Part shown: positions 27,292 to 39,567 of the stretch, in pieces | Numbering within the stretch: position 1 is the first letter of the stretch | How the letters are laid out: each line of letters opens with the position of its first letter | Assembly (NCBI GenBank): GCA_965644295.1 | Contig: CBFFRP010000371.1 | Coordinates: 62,001-126,000 of the forward strand | From: Paraphysomonas bandaiensis | Taxonomy: Eukaryota > Protista > Chrysophyceae | Reading direction: 5' to 3' | DNA: 64,000 nucleotides | Notes under the pieces: model-generated | Seen by the model: only the letters and a program-made list of their open reading frames with translations | The model's database searches: none | Told to the model about the DNA's origin: nothing | Position numbers and translations under genes: made by a program

Positions 27292-30200
27292 ATGAACAAT
27301 GTATCTAGATATGGGAGGATGTTTATGAATGGTATACACTGGTATAGATGCTATGGAGTGTGTCTACTGCTATGTATTTTGTTGTCTCCATGTAATGTAG
27401 CCGCTATAGGGGCTCGTACCCCTGATTTCGATGCAATTTTACATGGAAAACCTCGAGATTTAATGCGTAGAAGACAGCTTTGGAAGGAGAACTCGATATC
27501 TAGTTCAAATTTTGTATCTTTATCAACCGAGTGCAATGTACCTGGCCCTGATTTGGTAGGTGATGGCTGGTGTGATTATGGAGAATACAATACAGAAGAG
27601 TGTGATTGGGACGGCGGAGATTGCTGTGAATCTACGTGCGAGTCTGGACCAGAGACATGTGGTAGTAATGGGTATTTCCAATGCTTGGACCCCAATGCAC
27701 AACCCCCAACGGCGAGTCCTACTTCGGGGCCCACAGAACACTGCAAAGTGGCGAGTCCTGAATGGGTAGGTGATGGCTGGTGTGACTACAATGAATACAA
27801 CACTCTGGAATGTCAATGGGATGGTGGTGATTGTTGTGAATCTTCTTGTGAGTCTGGGGCCCATGAGTGTGGCAGCAATGGATTTTATGAGTGTTTTGAC
27901 CCCAATGCCCAACCCCCGACAGCTTCTCCGACGAATATTCCGTCCTCACTGCCGAGTTTGTCTCCCACTGTCCCTTGTAGGGTGGCTACTCCTGACTGGG
28001 TGGGAGATGGCTGGTGTGATTATGGAGAATACAATACAGAAGAGTGTGATTGGGACGGTGGAGATTGCTGTGAATCATCATGTGTATCCAGTGATCAGAC
28101 ATGTGGTAGTAATGGGTATTTCCAATGCTTGGACCCCAATGCACAACCCCCAACGGCGAGTCCTACTTCGGGGCCCACAGAACACTGCAAAGTGGCGAGT
28201 CCTGAATGGGTAGGTGATGGCTGGTGTGACTACAATGAATACAACACTCTGGAATGTCAATGGGATGGTGGTGATTGTTGCGAATCTACTTGTGAGTCTG
28301 GGGCCCAAGAGTGTGGTAGCAATGGATATTTTGAGTGTATTGACCCCAACGCCCAACCCCCGACAGCTTCTCCGACGAATATTCCGTCCTCACTGCCGAG
28401 TTTGTCTCCCACTTCCCTACCTACTGTCGACCCAACGATGATACCCTCTGTGTGTCCCACTTTGTTGCCAACAGAGAGTCCTTCTCCTCCCCCAACAGTA
28501 CCACCAACTGCAGCTCCCACTTTCTTTCCAACTGCCACCCCTACCACAGGGCCAGGAGTACCTTCGCCAGCTCCGACATTGAAGCCTACATCCTTTCCAA
28601 GTTCTGCGCCCACTTCTTCACCTACTAGAGTACCTACAATTTGCCCGACATTCAGCCCCTCCACGAGCCCAACATCGCACCCATCATCGAATCCCTCTAT
28701 GCAACCAACCTTGCTTCCCACGTGTGCCCCATCTATTTCTCCTACTACTCTACCTAGTGCTGAGCCAACTGCATTTCCTACAGCTTGTCCAACAAAGTTA
28801 CCAACTTTAGGCCCGACTAGGTCACCAACTCTTTTGCCATCCTCTGCCCCATCTTTGGCGCCATCGAATACTCCGACAATTGTACCGGGATCCCCATCAC
28901 CAAGTCCTACTACCGTACCGACTTCATCACCTACTGTTGTTATTACTTCATCTCCAACATGTGCCCCTTCATTATCGCCAACAAACATGCCATCATGTAG
29001 TCCAACCGTGCGGCCATCGATTTTAGTGACTGTAGCACCTACACCCCACCCTACAGTCTGTCCACCAACAACATATACACCGTCGTTGACACCTACTCAT
29101 GCCCCCATTTTACCGGAGTCTGCTGTGCCCTCACCATCTCCCTCTGTGAAACCGACACTACTTCCAACTTTAGGTTCTAGCTTAGGCCCCACGACTGACC
29201 CATCCCCAGTTCCCATCGCTCAGCCAACTCAGTCGCCTACAATGACAACTATTCCAATCCCAACAGTGGTGCCATCACATAGACCCACTGTGTTGAAACC
29301 GTTAGTTACTCAATATCCCACACCATCGCCTACAGAGTCGCCAACTGTTAATGGGTACAGTTCCTGTCAACCTACAACTGCACCGAGTAATGGTTTCACT
29401 GCCTCTCCAACAAGTACTTCCACTATATCGCCAACTGCAAACCCTTCGTTGGCCCCCACTATGAATCCGTCGCCCCTATTAACAGATATTCCAACAGTGT
29501 TTCCCACCGATACACCTACTCATACACTAACTCTATCTCCTACCCATTTCCCCACAACTGGTTTGGGAGTTCCGTCGCCACAGCCTACAAGGGTACCCAC
29601 ATATAGGCCGATTGTGTCATCTACTCCTGCACCTACCTATACACCAACTCTATCTCCTACCAATTTACCCACAACTGCCCCGTTTGCTCTATCGGCACAG
29701 CCTACAAGGGTACCCACGGATATTCCAACAGTGTTTCCCACCGATACACCTACCCATACACCAACTGTGACTCCTACCCATTTCCCCACAACTGGTTTGG
29801 GAGTTCCGTCGCCACAGCCTACAAGGGTACCCACATATAGGCCGATTGTGTCATCTACTCCTGCACCTACCTATACACCAACTCTATCTCCTACCAATTT
29901 ACCCACAACTGCCCCGTTTGCTCTATCGGCGCAGCCTACAAGGGAACCCACGGATATGCCAACAGTGTTTCCTACCGTTACACCTACCCATACACCAACT
30001 CTATCTCCTACCCATTTCCCCACAACTACCCCAAATGCTCTATCGCCTCAGCCTACAAGGGTACCCACGGATATGCCAACAGTGTTTCCCACCGATACAC
30101 CTACCCATACACCAACTCTATCTCCTACCAATTTCCCCACAACTGGTTTGGGAGTTCCGTCGCCACAGCCTACAAGGGTACCCACATATAGGCCGATTGT

Positions 30201-31356
30201 GTCATCTACTCCTGCACCTACCTATACACCAACTCTATCTCCTACCAATTTACCCACAACTGCCCCGTTTGCTCTATCGGCACAGCCTACAAGGGTACCC
30301 ACGGATATGCCAACAGTGTTTCCCACCGATACACCTACCCATACACCAACTGTGACTCCTACCCATTTCCCCACAACTGGTTTGGGAGTTCCGTCGCCAC
30401 AGCCTACAAGGGTACCAACAGTTTGGACGAATGTTTCAGTCTATTCGGATGTAAATATTAGCGGAATTTCACTGTCTGATTGGGATATTATTGAAACTGT
30501 TTTAGAAGACACTCTTATAGATTGGAATTTGTTCCAGTATGGTTCTGTGGATATATATTCGATCGTTGAAGCATCCATACCCTCGACTACAGGCGCATCA
30601 CGGCAACGAGCTCTTGGCGAGACATTAAACACCCCATTGTACAGTGTTCGTTATGTTGTCCGCCTCGGGTTTCTGAATGGGACGTACAGCTCCGATGAGG
30701 TATTTCAGATGATTGACAATAGAACTAAGTATGCCGTGTCAAGTGGTATCATGGACAGTAGTTTAATCACTGCACTGGGCAGGCCGGTGTCGGTACAAGG
30801 CTATCGGTCATATCCTAGTTTAACAGAATTCGTTGTGGGTACTCCTATCCCGACGTTATCACCAACGTTTGAGACAATAGAGACGATTAAGCAAAATTCG
30901 AATGCGGCCGCAGCCAGTGATTCTGGTACAGTTTACATATATGCATCTGTTGCGGTTGTGATTTTTATGGTTGGGGGGGTGTTGGCTACTGTTGCATACC
31001 AACGACACCGGCAACGTCATTTTGAAAACGTTTACTTGAAGAATGTTGGACCTCATGGTGATTTAAAAAGTGCGTTTGTACATGAACCTTGTGATATTGA
31101 GTCCAATGATTCAAGTTCACGGGGATCAAGGTTACTGAATGTTCAAAGTATTACCCTCGGTAGTCACTCCTCATCTAATGTGAGTCATTCTGATGGCAGC
31201 GATATGGACTCTGTAGTTTCGGAGTCTGCAGTTGTCCCTAATTTGCCTACTAAAAGTGACAATATCGTAGAATCACTTACTATTCATTGTTCAGATGCGA
31301 CTACTTCTGACGCTTTCGAGGAAATTGAACTCGTTGATACTAGTGCAACAATATAA
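27292..31356 (+). CDS. Type I membrane mucin-like surface protein: 4 LNR/Notch-like Cys domains, long Pro/Thr/Ser stalk, juxtamembrane domain, TM, Ser-rich tail (1354 aa, intronless)
   Basis: Signal peptide; 4 x GDGWCD...NTxECxWDGGDCC; PT repeats; TM VYIYASVAVVIFMVGGVLATVAY followed by QRHRQR. Confidence 0.9.
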   Translation: MNNVSRYGRMFMNGIHWYRCYGVCLLLCILLSPCNVAAIGARTPDFDAILHGKPRDLMRRRQLWKENSISSSNFVSLSTECNVPGPDLVGDGWCDYGEYNTEECDWDGGDCCESTCESGPETCGSNGYFQCLDPNAQPPTASPTSGPTEHCKVASPEWVGDGWCDYNEYNTLECQWDGGDCCESSCESGAHECGSNGFYECFDPNAQPPTASPTNIPSSLPSLSPTVPCRVATPDWVGDGWCDYGEYNTEECDWDGGDCCESSCVSSDQTCGSNGYFQCLDPNAQPPTASPTSGPTEHCKVASPEWVGDGWCDYNEYNTLECQWDGGDCCESTCESGAQECGSNGYFECIDPNAQPPTASPTNIPSSLPSLSPTSLPTVDPTMIPSVCPTLLPTESPSPPPTVPPTAAPTFFPTATPTTGPGVPSPAPTLKPTSFPSSAPTSSPTRVPTICPTFSPSTSPTSHPSSNPSMQPTLLPTCAPSISPTTLPSAEPTAFPTACPTKLPTLGPTRSPTLLPSSAPSLAPSNTPTIVPGSPSPSPTTVPTSSPTVVITSSPTCAPSLSPTNMPSCSPTVRPSILVTVAPTPHPTVCPPTTYTPSLTPTHAPILPESAVPSPSPSVKPTLLPTLGSSLGPTTDPSPVPIAQPTQSPTMTTIPIPTVVPSHRPTVLKPLVTQYPTPSPTESPTVNGYSSCQPTTAPSNGFTASPTSTSTISPTANPSLAPTMNPSPLLTDIPTVFPTDTPTHTLTLSPTHFPTTGLGVPSPQPTRVPTYRPIVSSTPAPTYTPTLSPTNLPTTAPFALSAQPTRVPTDIPTVFPTDTPTHTPTVTPTHFPTTGLGVPSPQPTRVPTYRPIVSSTPAPTYTPTLSPTNLPTTAPFALSAQPTREPTDMPTVFPTVTPTHTPTLSPTHFPTTTPNALSPQPTRVPTDMPTVFPTDTPTHTPTLSPTNFPTTGLGVPSPQPTRVPTYRPIVSSTPAPTYTPTLSPTNLPTTAPFALSAQPTRVPTDMPTVFPTDTPTHTPTVTPTHFPTTGLGVPSPQPTRVPTVWTNVSVYSDVNISGISLSDWDIIETVLEDTLIDWNLFQYGSVDIYSIVEASIPSTTGASRQRALGETLNTPLYSVRYVVRLGFLNGTYSSDEVFQMIDNRTKYAVSSGIMDSSLITALGRPVSVQGYRSYPSLTEFVVGTPIPTLSPTFETIETIKQNSNAAAASDSGTVYIYASVAVVIFMVGGVLATVAYQRHRQRHFENVYLKNVGPHGDLKSAFVHEPCDIESNDSSSRGSRLLNVQSITLGSHSSSNVSHSDGSDMDSVVSESAVVPNLPTKSDNIVESLTIHCSDATTSDAFEEIELVDTSATI
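27556..28412 (+). repeat. Intragenic ~444-bp tandem duplication (LNR A-B / A'-B')
   Basis: The block from ggtgatggctggtgtgattatggag through ccgagtttgtctcccact recurs 444 bp downstream with few substitutions. Confidence 0.9.
29485..30420 (+). repeat. Intragenic coding minisatellite (~117-bp / 39-aa subunits, mostly paired into ~234-bp units)
   Basis: Recurrent PTVFPTDTPTHTPT...PQPTRVPT and YRPIVSSTPAP...SAQPTR units, near-identical at the DNA level. Confidence 0.9.
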
Positions 31357-31929
31357 GCTTATTATATTAATTAGTGTAAAGGAGATCAAGTGTCCTTGAT
31401 ATGAGTTGAATATAGAGTTTTGTTTGTGTAATTCTTCCCATAGTGTATCCTGTTGGATAAATAGATTGTATAGGTGATATTATATAGTAGTGATATTGAA
31501 TAAAATAATGATTACGAGGTTAACGTTGAATCACGATGTTTGCAAAACAAATTTCTGGGCAATGGTTGTTGTTTTATGTCTTAATTTAGAGCGAGTTATG
31601 GAACTTAATGAGAGATGTATTTTGAATTAAGCCAACTTAAGTTGGTTGGATATGATTTACATACTATAGAATTCATATCGGGTGACAATACGAAATTGAC
31701 ACCCCAAACTGGTAATTGTGTGTGACCTGTGCCGCTCATCTAGCGAGCTCGTCTTAACCAGAAAATTAGATACCGCAGCGTGTAAGAGTCAGAACTAATG
31801 TAGCAATGAAATTTAACTATAACTATATTATAGTCTTTCACCAATCGTCGATTGTTATCCTAAAAATTGGATTTTCTCAATAAAAATGCCGTTTTTAACA
31901 ACTTTTTAGCATTAGAATGTGGGTTTTTT

Positions 31930-32760
31930 AATATCAATTAATTGTCAATTAACCCTAAGCCAGCTGGAGTCAATTATAATTGTCAAGGTTTGACATTATA
32001 TGAGAAGTATTAACTTAACAACAGAAGGTAACTTATACTCAAAGCTGAGAATTATAAATTATAATCAATGTCTCTTATCATTCATCAATATCATGTTGTC
32101 TCCACTACCACTCATTTCTCGTACGACGATCTTACATCGTCACTACAACTTGCATCGTCACAATATTCCGTTTTACCGCTATGTGCTTATCGTCATTCAT
32201 TCTCACAATACGATTAACAAGACTACAACTGTATAATACAGTAATTTAAATACCTTATAACTACAGCTTTCAATTGCTCTCATATAGCAGAACTCAACAA
32301 TAATAGCAATAATGATTTGTTGTCCCGATTTCAATTATTGCGATTCCAATAATTTATTGAAAATCTATTAATTGATTCGCAGCCCTGATATCCAACTATT
32401 TAACTCGACGAAAGCTTCTCGTGAGTCACCGCAAGCACCGTGGTGCAACCATTTCGCTCTGAAGCACTTGCATATGCCACAACCAATAAAGTTGAAAGGT
32501 TGTTCAGTAGAGCTAAGATTGGTATGACGGATTTGCGTAAGTCGTAAGTGTATGACTCCTCGGCATTTAGAACTACTTAAGTTTTACGCATGAACCGTCG
32601 CCTCTGGAATGAAATGATGTCAGTTGAGGTAGCTATATTGCAGCTAATACAGTTTTGTGTTTAATTATTACAATTAATTGCGATCACTGAAATTGAGACA
32701 GCAAGTAATATTCGAAATTATCATTGACTATTATCTGCGTCAAATAATTGATAATTATCC
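31930..32760. mobile_element. Nested hAT remnants: a terminus ending ...CGCAGCCCTG at ~32388 and a hATC dimerisation fragment on the + strand at ~32475-32620
   Basis: AATT-rich subterminal repeats. The fragment translates as ATTNKVERLFSRAKIGMTDLRKS...MTPRHLELL, matching the hATC ERxFS motif. Confidence 0.75.
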
Positions 32761-33011
32761 ATTCTATAGTTCGCACATTCTATTCTTGTTAGCCGATTCG
32801 TAGATATCATTCGTGAGTAGATATAATATATCATATCGAGAACAAATATAACATTCTAACTCCTTGGTGACGTGTTTAATATGACAACCACCTATCGCTT
32901 ATTAAATTATAACAAGTGCTATTATTTCAGGAAACTCAAAGGACTTGACAGGGTTATAACAATCCCAACGCAATGCGTCAAATATCGCTACACAACTACT
33001 ACTGTCAGACA

Positions 33012-35053
33012 TTATCCTTGTTTTGCCTGTGCCTCCTGCTGCATATGAAGTGATGACGACATCTGCAACAGTAATGTAAGAAACGGCGCTAGCAGATCAA
33101 ATCGTCCCAACCTGGTTGAGGATTTCCTCGATGCCACCCTTCCCCATGTGCTCCGCACCGCGTCTACTGAATATTTGGCCAAGGCGAATCAGGCCGTGCT
33201 TTCTGCGCATACGTGCTTCCGGAGTTATGAAGTTGTCGTGAGTGACTTTCACGCACACTTTTCTAAGTGTACTCTCGATATCGATAGAGGTAATATACCA
33301 CATCACTGAAAAGCTACAAATTCAAAAAGCATCGTAAGGATTACTAGGCGGTATCTAACAAACGGCTTACACGTGGCCTTGTGCTCGCTCGATAACTTTC
33401 TTTAGAGCTTTCTCTTCTTCTGTTTCTTCATCACCAGCCTGTAAGCAAACCATATGTCAGTTGTGACATTTAAAGGGGATATGAGTCCAATACATGCACT
33501 ATTCCGCCCTCCTCTACGCGCTTGCGAGCGATCTCCTCCAATCTCTCCTGGGCCTTTTGCGCCTCACTTGCCTTGGAGGCAGCCTGCCATCCCTTGTTCA
33601 CTATATTGAACCTTGTGCCTACGTATCTGTTGGTCTGTGCGATATTTACTCCCAGTCCACCCAGTCCCCCGACCTCAGCTCTGCCCTGCTCTTCATATAT
33701 AGTACCGATTAGGTGTAGCAAAGTCCCGCCGAAAGCGCTCTGAGACAGTTCTACAGCTTCTTCGTCCATGGCCTTGGCGAAGCCCTCTTCGTCTCCATCA
33801 ACATAGAGTTGCAGTTTCTGTGCAAGATTGACAGCACACTGGACTTCTCTCTTCTTCTGATGGAAAGCGCGCAACTTAGGATGGACCTACATACAATCAA
33901 GTATTACGGAAAAGGCTTTGTCAGAAGCAAGTATACCTTTGAATCAGTATCCACTTCTGATTGCATCTGAGAAGCCAGTTGTAGCTCTCCTATTAATGGC
34001 TCAAACTTCTCTGATCCAAATATCATAGCATAGAGGGCACCAGGGTCCATTTTTGGCGCTTCCTCAACTCCCCCTTTACCATGCTGGTCGTACCGAGCAC
34101 GAAGCTTCTCGTCGCTCAAAACTTGGTAAGCCTCACCTATTTTCTGGAATTTGGCCGCAGCATCGGGGTCGTTCGGATGCTTATCGGGATGGTTCTCTTT
34201 CGCTTTGATATAATACCGCTTCTTTATTTCAGAGGCAGAAGCCGAAGGCGAAACACCAAGGACATTGTAGTAGTCCATCTCTTTCACCGATGCACGACTA
34301 GATGATTTCTCACTATCATTCTTGGCCTCCTCCTTGTTCTAATAAGAATAGTCACACTCATCTAGACGCATATAAAATGATAGTATACCATTTCTTCAAA
34401 TGCTTTTAATTCGTGCTCTTTGAGTGTAGCCATAAAGTCGTCATCGTCCATTGAAAGCACAGATGCTGCTTCATCAGGTAGGTTGTACGCGATCCACTCT
34501 TTCTTCTCCTCGTCCCAGTCCTTCCCACTCATGGAGGCAGAAATAGCCCCAGGAGTATGATACACACCGCGCCCGATCTACACAATAATGTGTTACGCAT
34601 TGCAAAAATATCGTTCAGATTATCCTACTTGGTATACACCAGTGGCAACACCACCAACAGCAACCGCTGCTCCACCTAATATACCGGCCCCGGCGCCTAC
34701 ACCGAACCCTTTCAAGGCTCCCATTGCACCGCCCGTTTGGGCACCATCATAAGCACCTTTAATAGGTGCACTTACCATTAGTGCAGCACCACCAAATACT
34801 CCACGTAATACATTCCCAGCACCCTAATATATAAACATTTATGAATAAATCATTAAATTATAATAAGAAAACTTACATCAGTAACACCTGATAGAAATCC
34901 TTTTGGTTTCTCTAAATTATATAAATTAGATAATTTAGCATCTGAGATACTGTCATCATCATCATGTGTATCTGATATATTCTTATTCTTATTTTTATCT
35001 TCTAATAAATTGGTTGCATTTTTTTTATCAATATCCATATCTTCAGTTAACAT
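33012..35053 (-). CDS. J-domain protein with DnaJ-X domain (Caj1/Djp1/ATJ10-like) and a Gly-rich N-terminal region; multi-exon
   Basis: DYYNVLGV...KENHPDKHP...FQKIGEAYQVLSD (intact HPD); FGSEKFEPLIGEL; SAFGGTLLHLIGTIY; DIESTLRKVCVKV. Stop at 33012. Confidence 0.92.
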
Positions 35054-35856
35054 ATCAACCTATAGATATATATAGATAGATAGATAGATGATTAGTATGA
35101 TGGAGTTAGTTGAGTTATGTTAATACATACAAATTTTTTAAAAGATCTTCTTTGTGAGTATCTTATGAATAATGAAACTTTTCTCTTAGTAAGAAACTTG
35201 ACCAGCATCCATTCACAAGATTTATATTATTATGATATATTGATGAGATGTTATGGTATAGAGAGTGTGTATAATGACCTCGTTATGAGGTTAATGTATA
35301 TGTATATAGAAATCAACGCTTCGATTCATACTTTATCATACCATACTATCCTCTCCATACATACCATACGTACATACCATACATACAGCAGTCCATAGGA
35401 GGTACTTACATATGGTAATCCACACCACACTCTTAGGAAGAATACAGATGTATTCTACACTTCTTCTTTTCTTTCCTCTCTACCATTCTTTAGATTTATC
35501 CTCACCAGCAGCAGAATACAGAGAGATCATATCCAATCATATGTCTTTCTAATGGAATTGGATGGTTGTGGTTAGAGCACTTATGACAGCCAATCACAAC
35601 TGTTAAAGTAGTGTAAAACTCTGTTTGTCCCAATTCTCTTGAATTAGGTACGTATTTTGCTATATGATAACTAGGAACCATCTAATGTATGTGTGTACAT
35701 ACAGCACCAGCAGTTTCTAACGTTACGAATGTGCCATATGGTGTACATATATGTACTGGCTGTATATATCATATCCTTCAATTGCATTGCATTGCATTGC
35801 ATTCATTGCACACTGTTGTGTGAATTATCCTCTGCATACTGTGTGTATATCAGATT

Positions 35857-36724
35857 ATGTCTGTAACTGATAGAAAGATTGAAATTGAAGCTCCAGTGAG
35901 CCTTATGGGCTTATTTTGTGATGATAGTGACAGTGATTGTGATAATGAACAAAATTTTGAGCAGACATATGAAGAGCAGACTATTAGTATATGTCAATAT
36001 AATTTGACTATTAGACAATTTTGTTGGCATCAGGCTAATGCGAATAAAGTTTGGCCAGGAACCTTTAATTTGGCTGAATTTGTTATGAAACATAGAAATC
36101 GTTACTCATCTTTTGGACATACTCTTGAATTGGGTGCTGCGACGGGGGCTTTGTCGATATTTATGATGAAGGCTTTACCTGGCATTGAATTGATGACCTC
36201 AGATATAGATGACAACCGCGAAGTGGAATCCAATGTGAAGTACAACTTTGAGAAGAACGGTATGTCTGTCATTCGAAAATACTCTTGTATATGCTGAAGT
36301 GCACTACTTGTAGGTCTCCTTCCCGTTCGCCACATTCCTCATACTTGGGGAACTCCGTGGGAGTGGGAAGCTGGACCGAAACCTCTTCCTCGTTTTCGCC
36401 TTGTAATTGCATCAGACATTTTGCTTTACGTTAGGTGAGATATAACAATAGTTGTGGACCCTATTTAACACTGTATATGTGTTTCTTATCAGTGCCTATC
36501 CCGCGCTTGTGACTACTTTAGTCACCCTTTTCGGAGAACCGGGATCGGATACAGGCGGTAAGGCGGTTGAATTTTTGATGAGTTGGAACAGAAGGATTGC
36601 TGAGTCGGATAAATTTTTTGATCTGATGCGAAATGCGGGGTTTTATGTTCACCATCATGGAAAGTGTATTTATTCATTTTATCGGGATGCATCCGTAATG
36701 AATGGTATGATTCACGGCTGCTAG
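35857..36724 (+). CDS. Family-16 (METTL21/METTL23-like) seven-beta-strand protein methyltransferase (3 exons)
   Basis: KVWPGTFNLAEFV, TLELGAATG (motif I), MTSD, HTWG, LVIASDILLY (DxxY-type motif II). Confidence 0.88.
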
Positions 36725-37599
36725 ATAGTTTACTTGGTGCAACAATGATATATTGGTGTCCTACCAGCTGTCTTTAGGCTCTATGTAAATAGATTTGCTT
36801 CGCATGTTGTATTGGTTGAACACTGTATAATATGCAGAGGTAGTATAAATTAGAGGGTCAGTAAATGAATGTTAATGAAAAGGATAGATATAATTGATGT
36901 TGTCTCAGATTACAACTATAATTAGTAAAAAACGAAGGGAGATCAGATTACTGTTGACGAATATAATACCAAGAAAAGGTCATGTACAAGTAGATGTTAA
37001 CTTGTAGACATACACCCGGATCATGAACATCAAACCGAAACTCTTTCATATTAGGCAAGCGCATTCAGTACAGATAAAGTGGTAATTAGCGCCATGGTCT
37101 TCTACGGCCTAAAGCGTTCACCACGCCATCAAGTGCTTCCCGCCTATCATTGATAATAATATGTCACCTTAAATCTATGGTATATGGTACTACTACTTTC
37201 TTTCTCTTACCAATACAAACATAAAATGTACATGTACTACTAAGGTGGACAACTCCAGCAATATAGTGTCAATCATTAGCCCGTCTTATTTCAGGAAAGT
37301 AGATGTAGCAAATATATCTGTTGCCAGCAGTCCAGGATTGGAAGAACATATCTTCAACTAGAAGGGTAATATGCTATGGATCGAGCTGAACTTAGTCTTG
37401 TTGCTCAAAGTCAAGAGGAAAGACACATAATCGACCGTACAATAACACAGTACTTCTCTTAATGTAATTAGAGGACAACCTCTTCCCACCATTAGAATAG
37501 CCGTTATAATAGCCATTAAGGGTGATGGTCATTACAAGGGCAATAAATGGCTATTGACCTTAGTGTTTTCCAAGTTCTAATTCTAATATTTTGTCCTAA

Positions 37600-37728
37600 T
37601 ACTTATAGTAAATAATTGTCAATTAATCGCAATTTAATTGCAACATTCCAGCGAGCAATTATAATTGCAATTATTATGTATGTTCGATGCAATTTAATTG
37701 CAATTCAATTAATTGTTACGCAGCCCTG
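37600..37728. mobile_element. Solo hAT-family terminus ending ...ACGCAGCCCTG
   Basis: Same GCAGCCCTG end and CAATT-rich subterminal repeats as at ~32388 and ~41628. Confidence 0.6.
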
Positions 37729-38817
37729 TTGTTGCCACGTTTCCAGTAGAAAAGCACATACATATATATAGGATTATAATTTCTTGGAAAACTATTCATA
37801 TAAAGCACATCTAGTGAAAGGATGAGCCAAAAGTAATCAACTACCTCAGCAAAGCCGGACTCTCACCTATTCTTGTTTACTTACATAAATGTTAAAGATC
37901 TGATTATTACATGAGAGAACTTATGGCGTTTATCTATCTACCTATTACTCTAGACTAGTGGTAACACAGATTACAAAATGCTCAGTTGTCTCGGGACTGC
38001 TTGTGCATTTACTTACATAAATAGTTACAGCAGAGATTTTCTCCGGGAAATTAACGTATATGAGAATATGTATATTATAGTCGCCCTCAACAATATATAT
38101 GTTGGACGCGCACCTTTTTGTGTTGTTTTGGTGGATAACTATCAGAAATATTTCTCCGGGAAAGTAATGTGAGCCGCGAATTATATAGTCAGCAGATATT
38201 GTTCTGCCCACTAATAGCCAAATGCTTGCGTGTGGTACAAGGGACACAAATAAGTGTCTTTTGTGTAGACGTCTTTTTGCGCCTTGACAAATTAACAGGC
38301 ATCCGGGGTATTGGGCTGCCTACTGAAGTCAAGCATCCGGGACAGAGAGCGAAAGTGGTTGCACCTTGGTGCTTACGACGGTGACGCACAGCAGCTTTCG
38401 TATCGCAAAATAGTAGAGTCTCAGAGTTAAGCACTAGTTAGTTAAAAAGCTTTTTGCAACACTAGTTCTGCCTCTTACACGCCTATAATTATATATTATT
38501 GCTAATAATCAGACATTCACTATAATACAACATATACAATCAAAGATTATTATAACGAAACGCCCTGGCACGGTTCTCCACAAGCAGTGTAAGGAATATT
38601 ATTTGTTGTTTTAAGTTATTTTATTAGCTTTTTTAGAAAAAGTTTAAATTGAACGGAGAAGGTGCATGGTTACCTCTACTTTCGTAAGAAGTCACTCTGA
38701 AGAAGAGTGAATGCATGTGCTGGACGAGAGTGCATACAATAGATAGAAGACAGAGGAGTCCTATTTTCGTGTGCAGCGGGGCTGTAAAACTATGTTAATT
38801 CCTTGGCGTTAACGACT

Positions 38818-39090
38818 AGTGAAATATTAAGCAAGTTCAAAAGGAAGTACGTTCTGCGAAAAAGTTCAAAAGGTACTTCAAAAGGTAGTTCGTAAAAAAG
38901 TGTAGAGTGTGAAAAAGTAGAAAAGGTAGTTCATAATGTAGAGTTTTTATAAGAAGGTAGTTAAAAACTATCTTGTAAACTTTTTGTCGAAAGTTCATAA
39001 GATAGTTCATCGTATGAACTGCTTTTGAACTTGAGCGAACTACCTCTTATGAACTTCTTTTAAACTTCTTTTGAACTTCTCCATTTCACT
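38818..39090. mobile_element. MITE-like element with AGTGAAAT/ATTTCACT ends and multiple inverted AAGTTCAAAAG subterminal repeats
   Basis: Terminal inverted 8-mer. aagttcaaaag repeats in the left half are mirrored by cttttgaactt in the right half. No clear TSD. Confidence 0.6.
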
Positions 39091-39094
39091 TGTG

Positions 39095-39567
39095 AACTGT
39101 CCTTCCTGCTGGCACATGTGTTGGAGTTCTAACAATGGTTGAAAGCAAGCTGCACTCTTGTATGGCTACATCAGGACGAGTGAGACCCTCAATAGTGATA
39201 ATATATTATCTATTGTGTATGTTATTATTACATCATGTATGCTTGCATGTACACCACACACACTATGCCTTGCGCTGCATGTATGTCATCATTGTATTGA
39301 TATTGCATTGTATGCAGTTACACTTATATTACTTATACCACACCACACACTACATACATAGATATATATATTATGATGTACATTATACATCTTATCCATA
39401 ATGATTGTTGTATACATACTACACTTCACACATATAACGCTGTTGTGTGCTATACGTTGGTACTGATTCCTTCTATCTGTCACTCGTCCTGATGTAGCCA
39501 TCATATACAAGAAGTGCAACTTGCTCCCAACCATAGTGTTAGCACTCACATGCCAGGAAGGACAGTT
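39095..39567. mobile_element. MITE with ~90-bp imperfect TIRs and an AT-rich core
   Basis: AACTGTCCTTCCTG...ATGGCTACATCAGGACGAGTGA (39095-39183) is inverted as TCACTCGTCCTGATGTAGCCAT...CAGGAAGGACAGTT (39480-39567). Confidence 0.8.

Noticed and set aside
28257-28988. 243-aa antisense ORF (VG-rich) and other antisense ORFs over CFAP65, MYB3R and PYK
   Set aside because: They are shadow ORFs of the sense-strand genes.
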